Shown piece by piece: positions 1 to 10,765 of a stretch of 64,000 nt of DNA. Source of the DNA: an uncultured Albidiferax sp. (GTDB lineage: Bacteria > Pseudomonadota > Gammaproteobacteria > Burkholderiales > Burkholderiaceae_C). Position 1 is the first letter of the stretch. Every line of letters starts with the position of its first letter. The notes under the pieces were generated by a model. That model had not been told where the DNA came from, made no database searches, and worked only from the letters and a program-made list of their open reading frames with translations. Made by a program: the position numbers and the translations under genes. The DNA is taken from positions 12,123 through 76,122 of the forward strand of contig CAUPNM010000021.1 in the NCBI GenBank assembly GCA_963512645.1, given 5' to 3'.

Positions 1-571
1 TGCTGTGGGCCCGCACGGTGGGCCGGATACCGGCGATGAACAGCGCCTCGGACGCATAGATATTGCCCACGCCCACCACCACCTCGCCCGCCAGCAGCAC
101 CTGTTTGATGGCGGTTTTGCGCGTCTGTAACCCCGCGTAAAAAGCTGGTAAAGAAAACCCATCGTCCAGCGGCTCCATGCCCAGGTGGCCCAGCAGCTTG
201 GTGGCCTCGGGCGTGTCCTGGCTGTCGGCATACACCACCGCACCAAACCGGCGTGGGTCGTGCAGGCGCAAGATGCCCAGGTGGGTGACCACATCGCAAT
301 GGTCGTGTACGCCCGGCGCGGGCTGCTGGGCCGCGAAATGCAGGCTGCCCGACATGCCCAGGTGCAGCAGCAGCAGGCCGGCATCCAGGTCCAGCAGCAA
401 ATACTTGCCCCGGCGGCGCACCTGCAACACGGTGCGGCCCGCCAGCAAAGCCGGATCCACGCCCAGCGGCCAGCGCAGCGGTTTGCCCATGCGCAGGTGG
501 TGGATACGCGCGCCCTGGATACGGTCGGCAAAACTCAGGCGGGTGACTTCTACCTCGGGGAGCTCGGGCAT
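1..571 (-). CDS. mutM: Formamidopyrimidine-DNA glycosylase, runs off the window (3' part missing)
   Basis: Manual reverse-strand translation from ATG at 571 gives [23 protein letters not shown]...RRGKYLLL...HLGMSGSL (Fpg PELPEVE and HLGMSG motifs). Absent from the ORF track because it has no stop in the window. Confidence 0.95.
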   Translation of the reverse strand, partial: MPELPEVEVTRLSFADRIQGARIHHLRMGKPLRWPLGVDPALLAGRTVLQVRRRGKYLLLDLDAGLLLLHLGMSGSLHFAAQQPAPGVHDHCDVVTHLGILRLHDPRRFGAVVYADSQDTPEATKLLGHLGMEPLDDGFSLPAFYAGLQTRKTAIKQVLLAGEVVVGVGNIYASEALFIAGIRPTVRAHS

Positions 572-659
572 GGTGGGCTTGAAAAGAAGGGGAATGGCGT
601 TGCCGAGGGCTTCGCCCCTTGCGCCACGTACGTTAATGGGCTTGGATTATTATGAGCCG

Positions 660-2420
660 ATGAAGCGATATATCAGACTGGCTACCCACGGATTGGCAAC
701 TTTGGCTTTGGCCATGGGCGGCCTGCACGCCTTTGCACAGACAGCCCCCAAGGCGCTGGCCCCGGATGCTTCAGAGGCGTCGCCTGCACAGTCGGCGATG
801 AACGGTGAGCTGTTCTACATCGTGCTGTTGGGCGAACTCAACGCCGCGGGCGGCGAGCCCGGCATTGCCTACCAGTTGTATCTGGAAGGTGCCCGCAAGG
901 CCGCCGACCCTATCTTGTACCGCCGCGCCGTCGAGATCGCTCTGCAATCACGCTCCGGCGATGCTGCGCTGCAAGCCGCCCGCGCCTGGAGCAAGGCCGA
1001 GCCCGCATCGCGCGATGCCAACCGCTACGTGCTGCAAATCCTGCTGGCCCTGAACCGCGTGGCCGACACCGCCGAGCCGCTCAAAACCGAGCTGGCGATG
1101 GCCTCCGAAGCCAACCGCTCCGCCGCCATCACCGCCATTCCCCCTACCTACGCGCAAATCTCCGACAAGAACCAGGCGGCCAAGGTGGTGGAACAGGTGC
1201 TGGGCCGCTACCTGAAAGACGAGGCGGTAGGCCCCACGGCCTGGACCACCATAGGCCGCATGCGGCTGGCGGCGGGCGATACCTCGGGCGCACTGGAAGC
1301 GGCCCGCAGCGCCCAGGCACTGTCCATCAATGCGCCCGGCCCGGTGCAACTGGCACTGGAAATGATGGGCCCCAAGGTCCCGCTGGCCGAACCGATCGTG
1401 TTGCATTACCTGGACGGCAAGCCACTGCCCGAGTTACGCATGGCCTATGCCCGCGCATTGCTCGAGGGCCAACGCTACGCCGAAGCCACCCAGCAGCTCC
1501 AGCTGTTAACCAGCCAAAACCCGGATTTCGCCGATGCCTGGCTGGTGCAGGGCAGCCTGCAAGTACAGGAGAACCAGCTCAGCGCCGCCGAGGCTTCGCT
1601 GCAGCGCTTCATTACCCTGGCCGAGCCCCTGCCAGCCAGCGAAGGACGCACCCGGGGCTTGTCCTCTGCCTATATGGCCCTGTCGCAGGTGGCAGAAAAC
1701 CGCAAGGACTACCCCGCCGCTTCCGCCTGGCTGCAAAAAATCGACAACGCCGAAGAACTGATGGCCGTGCAGGGCCGCCGGGCGTCGCTGATGGCCAAGC
1801 AAGGCAAGCTGACCGAAGGCCGCGCCCTGCTGCAAGCCCTGCCCGAACGCACGGCGGCAGAAGCGCGCCTGAAGCTGTCTGCCGAAGTGCAACTGCTGCG
1901 CGACAACAAGCAGTTCCAGACCGCTTACGACCTGATGGCCAAGGCGGTAGCCGACCATCCTTTTGATGCCGACCTGCTGTACGACCAGGCCATGCTGGCC
2001 GAGAAGCTCGACAAACTGGACGAAATGGAGCGCCTGCTGCGCAAACTGATCGCCAATAAACCCGACTACCACCATGCCTACAACGCCCTGGGCTACTCAC
2101 TGGCCGAACGCAATCTGCGCCTGCCCGAGGCCCGCGAGCTGATCCGCAAGGCACTGGAATTTGTACCTAACGACCCGTTCATCGCCGACAGTCTGGGCTG
2201 GGTCGAATTCCGCATGGGCAACAACGACGAAGCCCTGCGCGTACTCGACGGAGCCTTCAAAGCCAAACCCGATGCCGAAATCGCCGCCCATCTAGGCGAA
2301 GTGCTGTGGACCTTGGGCCAGCGCGAGCGCGCCACCAGTGTCTGGAAAGAAGGCCTGCGCATCAACAGCGACAACGAAACCCTGCTGGCCACACTGAAGC
2401 GCCTGCAAGTCAAGCTGTGA
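660..2420 (+). CDS. Periplasmic tetratricopeptide-repeat protein
   Basis: ORF 177..2420 trimmed to MKRYIRL (signal peptide ending AFA); TPR-like segments including NALGYSLAERN and DSLGWVEFRMG; usual position upstream of lolB. Confidence 0.85.
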   Translation: MKRYIRLATHGLATLALAMGGLHAFAQTAPKALAPDASEASPAQSAMNGELFYIVLLGELNAAGGEPGIAYQLYLEGARKAADPILYRRAVEIALQSRSGDAALQAARAWSKAEPASRDANRYVLQILLALNRVADTAEPLKTELAMASEANRSAAITAIPPTYAQISDKNQAAKVVEQVLGRYLKDEAVGPTAWTTIGRMRLAAGDTSGALEAARSAQALSINAPGPVQLALEMMGPKVPLAEPIVLHYLDGKPLPELRMAYARALLEGQRYAEATQQLQLLTSQNPDFADAWLVQGSLQVQENQLSAAEASLQRFITLAEPLPASEGRTRGLSSAYMALSQVAENRKDYPAASAWLQKIDNAEELMAVQGRRASLMAKQGKLTEGRALLQALPERTAAEARLKLSAEVQLLRDNKQFQTAYDLMAKAVADHPFDADLLYDQAMLAEKLDKLDEMERLLRKLIANKPDYHHAYNALGYSLAERNLRLPEARELIRKALEFVPNDPFIADSLGWVEFRMGNNDEALRVLDGAFKAKPDAEIAAHLGEVLWTLGQRERATSVWKEGLRINSDNETLLATLKRLQVKL

Positions 2421-2908
2421 CCGCCCTGGCCCGCCGCTGGGCGCTGATGGTGTGTGCTTTGCTGCTGGCCGGATGTGCGCACCTCAACAGCGACCGCCAG
2501 AACGCCGACCCCTCCGCTTTCTGGAGCGGTCGTATCGCCTTGCAGGTCGATGGATCGGCTGCGCAGTCTTTTTCGGCCAGCTTTGAACTCAAGGGCTCGG
2601 CAGAAACGGGCGAACTCACCCTCTTCAACCCGCTCGGCGGCACCGTGGCGCGCATGCTGTGGCAGCCCGGATCGGCGACCTTGCACGCCCATGGCGAAGT
2701 ACGCCCCTTTGACTCGCTCGAAACCCTGGTGGCCCAGGCCACCGGTGCGCCACTGCCGCTGGCGGCGCTGTTCGATTGGCTGCATGGCAGCAACACACCG
2801 GTGCCAGGCTGGCAAGCCGATCTGGCCCGCCTGCAGGATGGCCGGATTACAGCCGTGCGCAGCCAACCAGAACCCACCGCCACCCTGCGCCTCGTCCTCG
2901 ACAAATAA
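2417..2908 (+). CDS. lolB: Outer-membrane lipoprotein insertase LolB
   Basis: GTG start overlapping the TPR stop; lipobox LLAGC; WSGRIAL, F.L.G...GEL.L..PLG and LPL..LFDWL motifs; lolB-ispE synteny. Confidence 0.88.
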   Translation: MTALARRWALMVCALLLAGCAHLNSDRQNADPSAFWSGRIALQVDGSAAQSFSASFELKGSAETGELTLFNPLGGTVARMLWQPGSATLHAHGEVRPFDSLETLVAQATGAPLPLAALFDWLHGSNTPVPGWQADLARLQDGRITAVRSQPEPTATLRLVLDK

Positions 2909-2910
2909 GC

Positions 2911-3765
2911 ATGCAAGCCCTGTACGACGTGGCCGCCCCGGCCAAGCTGAATCTTTTTCTGCACATCACCGGCCGCCGTGCCGATGGCTACCACCTGCTG
3001 CAATCGGTCTTCATGCTGATCGACTGGTGCGACACCCTGCACTTTGAACTGCGTGTCGACGGCCAGCTCAGCCGCGAAGATCTCAGCACCCCGCTGCCAC
3101 CGGACGACTTGGTGCTGCGCGCTGCCCGTGCACTCCAAGCCGCTTCCGGCACCACCCTGGGCGCGCACATCGGGGTACTGAAAAGCATTCCCGCGCAAGC
3201 CGGTATGGGTGGAGGCTCGTCCGATGCCGCATCCACCCTGCTGGCGCTGAACCGTTTGTGGAAGTTGGATCTGCCGTTGGCGCAACTGCAAACCATAGCC
3301 CTGCAACTGGGGGCGGATGTACCTTTTTTCCTGGGCGGTAACAACGCCTGGGTCGAAGGCATTGGCGAAAAAATTACCCCGATTTCGCTGCCCCCGGCGC
3401 GCTTTGCGGTGGTCAAACCGCCCGAAGGCCTGGACACCAAACTGATTTTTTCATCAAGAGATTTAAAACGCGATTCAGATAGTGCTATACTCGCAGGCTT
3501 TGCTGCACAGCCTTATTACTTTGGTACTAATGACTTGCAGCCAGTCGCGCAAAACCTCTGCCCTGCTGTAAATCAAGTCCTTGCGTGGCTTGAAGGCAAA
3601 GGTTTAAATGCTAGAATGACTGGCTCTGGTAGCGCGGTGTTTGCGCAAATGCTGAGCGATGTAGATTTGTCAGATGGTCCCAGCCAACATGGGTCGTGGC
3701 AAGTTCGCAAATGCAGCAATATGGACGTTCATCCTCTCAAAGGATGGGCCTCCAGCGATGGTTAA
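2911..3765 (+). CDS. ispE: 4-diphosphocytidyl-2C-methyl-D-erythritol kinase
   Basis: APAKLNLFLHITGRR, IPAQAGMGGGSSDAA, LGADVPFF and MTGSGSAVF motifs. Confidence 0.97.
   Translation: MQALYDVAAPAKLNLFLHITGRRADGYHLLQSVFMLIDWCDTLHFELRVDGQLSREDLSTPLPPDDLVLRAARALQAASGTTLGAHIGVLKSIPAQAGMGGGSSDAASTLLALNRLWKLDLPLAQLQTIALQLGADVPFFLGGNNAWVEGIGEKITPISLPPARFAVVKPPEGLDTKLIFSSRDLKRDSDSAILAGFAAQPYYFGTNDLQPVAQNLCPAVNQVLAWLEGKGLNARMTGSGSAVFAQMLSDVDLSDGPSQHGSWQVRKCSNMDVHPLKGWASSDG
3463..3491 (+). promoter_or_regulatory. Putative sigma70 promoter inside ispE for tRNA-Gln/prs
   Basis: TTAAAA-17 bp-TATACT with an extended TGn, in an AT-rich patch of the ispE coding sequence. Confidence 0.5.
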
Positions 3766-3797
3766 TCGGTTCGCAGCTTCACGCTGTGGACCCGTGT

Positions 3798-3874
3798 AGG
3801 GGAGTCGCCAAGTTGGTTAAGGCACTGGATTTTGATTCCAGCATGCGAAGGTTCGAGTCCTTCTTCCCCTGCCA
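3798..3874 (+). tRNA. tRNA-Gln (TTG)
   Basis: Cloverleaf AGGGGAG...CTGGA-TT-TTG-AT-TCCAG...GTTCGAGTC...TTCCCCT-G-CCA. Confidence 0.97.
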
Positions 3875-3937
3875 AATATTCTGGGTACGCTGATATTCAG
3901 AATATTCACACACAGTTATTTCATCGCAAAGACGCTC

Positions 3938-4912
3938 ATGCAGCCCCACCACACTGATTTCATGATTTTCACGGGCAATGCCAATCCTGGCATGGCCGCC
4001 GAGATTGCCAAGCATTTGGGCATTGCCCTGGGTGCAGCCCGCGTGGGCCGTTTCTCTGATGGTGAAGTGACCGTCGAAATCAACCAGAATGTGCGTGCCC
4101 GCGATGTGTTTGTGGTGCAAAGCACCTGCGCACCCACCAACGAAAACCTGATGGAACTGCTGATCATGGTGGACGCGCTCAAACGCGCCTCTGCCGAACG
4201 CATCAGCGCGGTGATCCCGTACTTTGGTTACGCCCGCCAAGACCGCCGCCCCCGCTCGGCCCGCGTGCCCATCACCGCCAAGGTGGTGGCCAACATGCTG
4301 CAAGCCGTGGGCGTGGACCGCGTGCTGACCATGGACCTGCATGCCGACCAGATCCAGGGCTTCTTCGACATCCCCGTCGACAATATTTACGCCTCGCCTG
4401 TCTTGTTGGGCGACCTGCGCCAAAAGAACTACGAAGACCTGATCGTGGTGTCACCCGACGTGGGCGGCGTGGTGCGTGCCCGTGCGCTGGCCAAGCAACT
4501 GGGTTGCGACATGGCCATCATCGACAAGCGCCGCCCCAAGGCCAATGTCAGCGAAGTGATGCACGTGATCGGCGAAATCGATGGCCGCAACTGTGTGGTC
4601 ATGGACGACATGATCGACACCGCTGGCACGCTGGTCAAAGCCGCCGAAGTCTTGAAAGAGCGCGGCGCGAAAAAAGTTTATGCGTATTGCACCCACCCCA
4701 TCTTCTCCGGCCCGGCCATCGAACGCATTGCAAACGGTTCGGCCCTGGACGAAGTCGTGGTGACCAACACCATTCCGCTCAGCGCTGCGGCGCTGGCATG
4801 CCCCAAAATTCGCCAACTCACCGTAGCCCCCCTGATCGCCGAAACGATCCAGCGGATTGCCAATGGTGAGTCGGTCATGAGTTTGTTCTCGGACCAGGAA
4901 AACCTTTTCTAG
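3938..4912 (+). CDS. prs: Ribose-phosphate pyrophosphokinase
   Basis: [27 protein letters not shown] and DDMIDTAGT motifs. Confidence 0.98.
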   Translation: MQPHHTDFMIFTGNANPGMAAEIAKHLGIALGAARVGRFSDGEVTVEINQNVRARDVFVVQSTCAPTNENLMELLIMVDALKRASAERISAVIPYFGYARQDRRPRSARVPITAKVVANMLQAVGVDRVLTMDLHADQIQGFFDIPVDNIYASPVLLGDLRQKNYEDLIVVSPDVGGVVRARALAKQLGCDMAIIDKRRPKANVSEVMHVIGEIDGRNCVVMDDMIDTAGTLVKAAEVLKERGAKKVYAYCTHPIFSGPAIERIANGSALDEVVVTNTIPLSAAALACPKIRQLTVAPLIAETIQRIANGESVMSLFSDQENLF

Positions 4913-4930
4913 GCCAGAGAACAAAAAAGC

Positions 4931-4963
4931 AGGCCCGCGCGCATATTGCGTGCGGGCCTTTTT
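4931..4963 (+). terminator. Rho-independent terminator after prs
   Basis: AGGCCCGCGCGC-ATATT-GCGTGCGGGCCT followed by a T run, preceded by an A run. Confidence 0.75.
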
Positions 4964-5009
4964 AAATCGGAGTGACACTGGTCGCGGTGCACTCTCACAG
5001 GAGTTGATT

Positions 5010-5660
5010 ATGAAATTCGTCGCTTTTGAGCGCGCAAAGCAGGGCACGGGTGCGAGCCGCCGTCTCCGCATTACCGGCCGTACCCCCGGCATCGTTTACG
5101 GTGGTGAAACACCGGCAACCCAGATCGAAATCGACCACAACGCTCTGTGGCACGCTCTGAAAAAAGAAACCTTCCACTCCACCATTCTGGACATGGAACT
5201 GGCTGGCAAGGAAAGCAAAGTGCTGTTGCGCAATGTGCAAATGCACCCCTTCCGCCAACTGATTCTGCACGCTGACTTCCAGCGCGTTGAAGCCAACACC
5301 AAGCTGACCATGAAGGTGCCACTGCACTACAGCGGTCAGGACGTGTGCCCCGCCGTCAAGACGGAAAACTGCATGGTCACCCCCGTGGCGACCGAACTGC
5401 AAATCTCCTGCCTGCCTGCCGATCTGCCCGAGTTCATCGCGGTGGACCTGAGCGGCCTGACCAAAGGCTCGTCTTTGCACGCCAAAGACCTGGTTTTGCC
5501 CAAGGGCGTGTCGGTTGTCACCAAGGGCAAGGAAAACCCCGCCCTGGTGTCCGTGATCGCTCTGGCCGAAGAAGTAGCTGTCGATCCAGCCGCTGCTGCA
5601 CCCGCCAAGGGCAAAGCCGGTGCCAAGGCACCTGCCGCCAAGCCTGCTGCCAAGAAGTAA
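5010..5660 (+). CDS. rplY: 50S ribosomal protein L25/Ctc (TL5-type, long form)
   Basis: [19 protein letters not shown] and HADFQRV motifs; C-terminal Ala/Lys tail. Confidence 0.97.
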   Translation: MKFVAFERAKQGTGASRRLRITGRTPGIVYGGETPATQIEIDHNALWHALKKETFHSTILDMELAGKESKVLLRNVQMHPFRQLILHADFQRVEANTKLTMKVPLHYSGQDVCPAVKTENCMVTPVATELQISCLPADLPEFIAVDLSGLTKGSSLHAKDLVLPKGVSVVTKGKENPALVSVIALAEEVAVDPAAAAPAKGKAGAKAPAAKPAAKK

Positions 5661-5685
5661 TTCTTTTCAGCCCGGTTTAGCCCTG

Positions 5686-5712
5686 AAAGGCCCACTTCGG
5701 TGGGCCTTTTTT
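5686..5712 (+). terminator. Rho-independent terminator after rplY
   Basis: AAAGGCCCAC-TTCG-GTGGGCCTTT plus T run. Confidence 0.88.
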
Positions 5713-5732
5713 GTTTTTGGATAATCCCCGTC

Positions 5733-7319
<1,587 letters not shown>

Positions 7320-7368
7320 GGGCCGTATTTTCGCAGACGCTGTATGCCAGCACGGTACGATCCGGCCC

Positions 7369-7767
7369 ATGCCCAAATACCAGTTCACCGTTGAAGTCTT
7401 GCCGCTGTACCTGCCAGAGCAGTCCGACCCCACCCAGGCCGTGTACAGCTTTGCCTACACCGTCACCATCCAGAACACCGGCGACACCACCGCCCAGCTG
7501 ATTGCCCGCCACTGGACCATCAGCGATGCCAATGGCCATGTGGAAGAGGTCAAAGGCCTGGGCGTGGTGGGCCACCAGCCTTTGCTCAAGCCGGGCGACT
7601 CGTTCCAGTACAGCAGCGGCTGCCGCCTGCGCACCGGTACCGGTGCCATGCGCGGCAGCTATTTTTGCGTGGCCGAAGACGGCGAGCGCTTTGAAGCCCC
7701 CATCCCTACCTTTGTGCTCGATGCCACCGGCAACCACCTGCCCCCGGCCAGCCACACGCTGCACTGA
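7369..7767 (+). CDS. apaG: ApaG protein
   Basis: [33 protein letters not shown] and Y.SG..L.T..G.M.GSY motifs. Confidence 0.95.
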   Translation: MPKYQFTVEVLPLYLPEQSDPTQAVYSFAYTVTIQNTGDTTAQLIARHWTISDANGHVEEVKGLGVVGHQPLLKPGDSFQYSSGCRLRTGTGAMRGSYFCVAEDGERFEAPIPTFVLDATGNHLPPASHTLH

Positions 7768-7768
7768 G

Positions 7769-8752
7769 ATGGGCGAATTCGACCTGATCCGGCGCTACTT
7801 CACCCGCCCCACGCCGCGTGCCGTGCTGGGCGTGGGCGACGACTGCGCGCTGCTGCAGCCCCGGCCCGGCATGCAACTGGCCATCTCCAGCGACATGCTG
7901 GTCGAGGGCCGCCACTTCCTCAGCACCGTGCCGCCCGCCGCGCTGGGCCACAAGGCGCTGGCGGTCAACCTGAGCGACCTGGCCGCCTGCGGCGCGCAGC
8001 CGCTGGCCTTTACCCTGGCGCTGGCCCTGCCGCGTGCCGATGCCGCCTGGCTGGAGCCGTTCTCAAAGGGTCTGCTGGCCCTGGCCGATGCCCACGGCTG
8101 CGAACTGGTGGGTGGCGACACCACCCAGGGGCCTTTGAACATCTGCATCACCGTGTTCGGCGAAGTGCCTCCCGGCCAGGCGCTGCTGCGCTCAGGCGCA
8201 CAGGTGGGCGACGATCTGTATGTGAGCGGCACCTTGGGCGATGCGCGGCTGGCGCTAGAGGTGTTTCGCGGCACGCTGTCGCTGCCCGAAGCCGCCTTTG
8301 CCCAGGCCCGCGTCCGGTTGGAGCGGCCCACGCCCCGCGTGGCCCTGGGGATGGCGCTGCGCGGCGTGGCTACGGCGGCAGCCGATGTGAGCGACGGCCT
8401 GTGGGGCGACCTGGGCCACATCCTGCAGGCATCGGGCGTGGGTGCAGTGGTAGATGCCTCAATTGCTATTCAATTGCTAGCTGCTCGTGCTTATCTTATA
8501 AGCACGGAGGCCATATTTGATGCAGAACAGCTGCTGGACTATGTTTTGGCCGGTGGGGACGACTACGAGCTGGTATTCACCGCACCGCCCTCGGCCCGCC
8601 ATGCCGTAGCCGCCGCCGCCGCCCAGGCCGACACGCCGGTGACGCGCATCGGGCAGATCGAAACCCGCCCGGCCGACGGGGCCATCCGCCTGGTCGATGG
8701 CCAGGGCGCGCCGATATTGCGCAGCCTTAGCGCGTTCGACCACTTTGCCTGA
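7769..8752 (+). CDS. thiL: Thiamine-monophosphate kinase
   Basis: MGEFDLIRRYF, GVGDDCA, NLSDLAACGA, GGDTT and GGDDYEL motifs. Confidence 0.97.
   Translation: MGEFDLIRRYFTRPTPRAVLGVGDDCALLQPRPGMQLAISSDMLVEGRHFLSTVPPAALGHKALAVNLSDLAACGAQPLAFTLALALPRADAAWLEPFSKGLLALADAHGCELVGGDTTQGPLNICITVFGEVPPGQALLRSGAQVGDDLYVSGTLGDARLALEVFRGTLSLPEAAFAQARVRLERPTPRVALGMALRGVATAAADVSDGLWGDLGHILQASGVGAVVDASIAIQLLAARAYLISTEAIFDAEQLLDYVLAGGDDYELVFTAPPSARHAVAAAAAQADTPVTRIGQIETRPADGAIRLVDGQGAPILRSLSAFDHFA
8464..8523 (+). repeat. Dispersed ~60-bp palindromic repeat, copy in-frame in thiL
   Basis: GCTAT-TCAATTG-CTAGC-TGCTCGTGCTTAT-CTT-ATAAGCAC-GGAGGCC-ATATTTGATGC. Confidence 0.85.
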
Positions 8753-8812
8753 GCACGGGTGGCCGCAGATGGTTTTGGCTTTGGCATCAAGCTTGCGTAA
8801 ACTAAGCCCTCC

Positions 8813-9235
8813 ATGAATGAAGCCGACGCCATCCGCCAAATCCTGACACACGCCCGCACCATTGCGGTGGTGGGCCTGTCGCCCAACCCTGGCCGCCCCA
8901 GCCACCAGGTGGCGCGCAGCCTGCAGGCGCGCGGTTACCGCATCATCCCCATCAACCCGAACGCCAGCGAAATCCTGGGTGAAAGGGCCTACCCCAGCCT
9001 GACCGCAGCGGCCCAGGACCAGGTGATCGAGGTGGTGAACTGCTTTCGGCGCAGCAAGGAGATTCCGCCCCTCGTCGATGAAGCCCTGGCCATCAAGGCC
9101 AAGGCGGTGTGGATGCAGCTGGGCATCTCCCACGCCGCCGCCGCCCAAAAGGCCAAGATGGCCGGGCTGCGGGTCGTGCAAAACAAGTGCATCAAGACCG
9201 AGCACGCGGTGTTATCGGCCCGAGGTGTTATTTAA
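8813..9235 (+). CDS. CoA-binding protein (YccU-like)
   Basis: IAVVGLSPNPGRPS, GYRIIPINP, GE.AYPSL and VWMQLGI motifs. Confidence 0.9.
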   Translation: MNEADAIRQILTHARTIAVVGLSPNPGRPSHQVARSLQARGYRIIPINPNASEILGERAYPSLTAAAQDQVIEVVNCFRRSKEIPPLVDEALAIKAKAVWMQLGISHAAAAQKAKMAGLRVVQNKCIKTEHAVLSARGVI

Positions 9236-9293
9236 CGCCATTTAGGCCTCTCGCGCTTATTCCCTGGGCGTGAGCAGCTACTGAATATATAGC
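9236..9293 (-). repeat. Dispersed palindromic repeat, intergenic copy
   Basis: Reverse complement reads GCTAT-ATATTCA-GTAGC-TGCTCACGCCCAGGGAATAAGCGCGAGAGGCCTAAATGG. Confidence 0.85.
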
Positions 9294-9375
9294 GCCGGGA
9301 TAGAGATACGCCCAGGCCAAAGGTCGGTGCGGTAAGCTCCCCAGTTTGCCCACCCCTCGCACATCTCCCGCCGCC

Positions 9376-10464
9376 ATGTCCTTCGCCCCCCTCCAAAACG
9401 ACAGCTTTCTGCGCGCCTGCCTGCGCCAGTCCACCGACCACACGCCCGTGTGGCTGATGCGCCAGGCGGGCCGTTACCTGCCGGAGTACCTGGCCACGCG
9501 GGCCAAGGCGGGCAGCTTCATGGGCCTGGCCACCAACACCGACTACGCCACCGAAGTCACGCTGCAGCCGCTGGAGCGTTTCCCGCTGGACGCCGCGATT
9601 TTGTTCAGCGACATCCTCACCGTGCCCGATGCCATGGGCCTGGGCCTGAGCTTTGCGCAGGGCGAAGGCCCGCGCTTTGCCCACCCGGTGCGCGACGAGG
9701 CCGCCGTAGCCGCACTGGAAGTGCCCGACATGGACAAGCTGCGCTACGTGACCGATGCGGTCACCTCCATCCGCCGCGCGCTCAATGGCCGGGTGCCGCT
9801 GATCGGCTTCTCGGGCAGCCCCTGGACGCTGGCCTGCTACATGGTGGAGGGCAAGGGCTCGGACGACTACCGCCTGGTCAAAAGCATGCTGTACAGCCGC
9901 CCCGACCTGATGCACCGCATGCTGCAGGTGAATGCCGACGCGGTGGCCGCCTACCTGAATGCGCAAATCGAAGCGGGCGCGCAGGCAGTGATGATTTTTG
10001 ACAGCTGGGGCGGCGTGCTGGCCGACGGCGCGTTCCAGCAGTTCAGCCTGGCCTACACCCAACAGGTGCTCAAACAGCTCAAAACCGAGCACAACGGCCA
10101 ACGCATCCCGCGCCTGGTGTTCACCAAGGGCGGTGGCCTGTGGCTGGACGAAATGGCCGGCCTGGACTGCGAAGTACTGGGCCTGGACTGGACGGTCAAC
10201 CTGGCCAAGGCCCGCGCCCTGGTCGGCCATAGCAAGGCCTTGCAGGGCAATATCGACCCCAATGTGCTGTTTGCACCGCCCGCGCAGATTGCCACCGAGG
10301 TGGAGCGCGTGGTGAACAGCTTTGGCGTGCCGCACCAGGGCGCAGGCACCGGCCCCACGCACATCTTCAACCTGGGCCACGGCATCAGCCAGCACACGCC
10401 GCCGGAGCACGTGGCCGCGCTGGTAGAGGCGGTACACCGGGCTTCCCGGCAAATTCGGGCCTGA
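9376..10464 (+). CDS. hemE: Uroporphyrinogen decarboxylase
   Basis: [38 protein letters not shown] and HIFNLGHGI motifs. Confidence 0.98.
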   Translation: MSFAPLQNDSFLRACLRQSTDHTPVWLMRQAGRYLPEYLATRAKAGSFMGLATNTDYATEVTLQPLERFPLDAAILFSDILTVPDAMGLGLSFAQGEGPRFAHPVRDEAAVAALEVPDMDKLRYVTDAVTSIRRALNGRVPLIGFSGSPWTLACYMVEGKGSDDYRLVKSMLYSRPDLMHRMLQVNADAVAAYLNAQIEAGAQAVMIFDSWGGVLADGAFQQFSLAYTQQVLKQLKTEHNGQRIPRLVFTKGGGLWLDEMAGLDCEVLGLDWTVNLAKARALVGHSKALQGNIDPNVLFAPPAQIATEVERVVNSFGVPHQGAGTGPTHIFNLGHGISQHTPPEHVAALVEAVHRASRQIRA

Positions 10465-10486
10465 AAACAGCGTTGGAATACACCAC

Positions 10487-10726
10487 TTATGCACAAAACT
10501 TGGGGTGCACTGTGGTAGGGCCCCACAGAGGCACCACCAACCGCTATGAAACCCATAGCGATCCTAAGTTGTTGATTTATATAGTCATCTGAAATTGCTT
10601 TTTTTAGAGGCAATCCGTCGAAAGCCTTGATTTATCGGGCTTTGCAGCCTGCCCCATGGAGATATCAACAAAGTTATCCACAGATTCTTTGGATACCTTT
10701 TAAATCAGTTGCAAATCAAGCACTTA
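10487..10726. promoter_or_regulatory. AT-rich intergenic cluster of DnaA boxes and IHF consensus sites
   Basis: TTATGCACA 10487-95; TTATCCACA 10674-82; inverted degenerate box TTTGGATAC 10688-96; WATCAA-N4-TTR matches at 10565-77 (reverse) and 10714-26. Confidence 0.6.
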
Positions 10727-10765
10727 GGCGCATTCCCTCCAGTTCACGTGAAATAACACACGCAC

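Noticed and set aside
177-659. N-terminal extension of the 747-aa ORF and the 185..655 ORF
   Set aside because: They overlap mutM, which is clearly encoded on the minus strand (571 to 1); the TPR gene most plausibly starts at 660.
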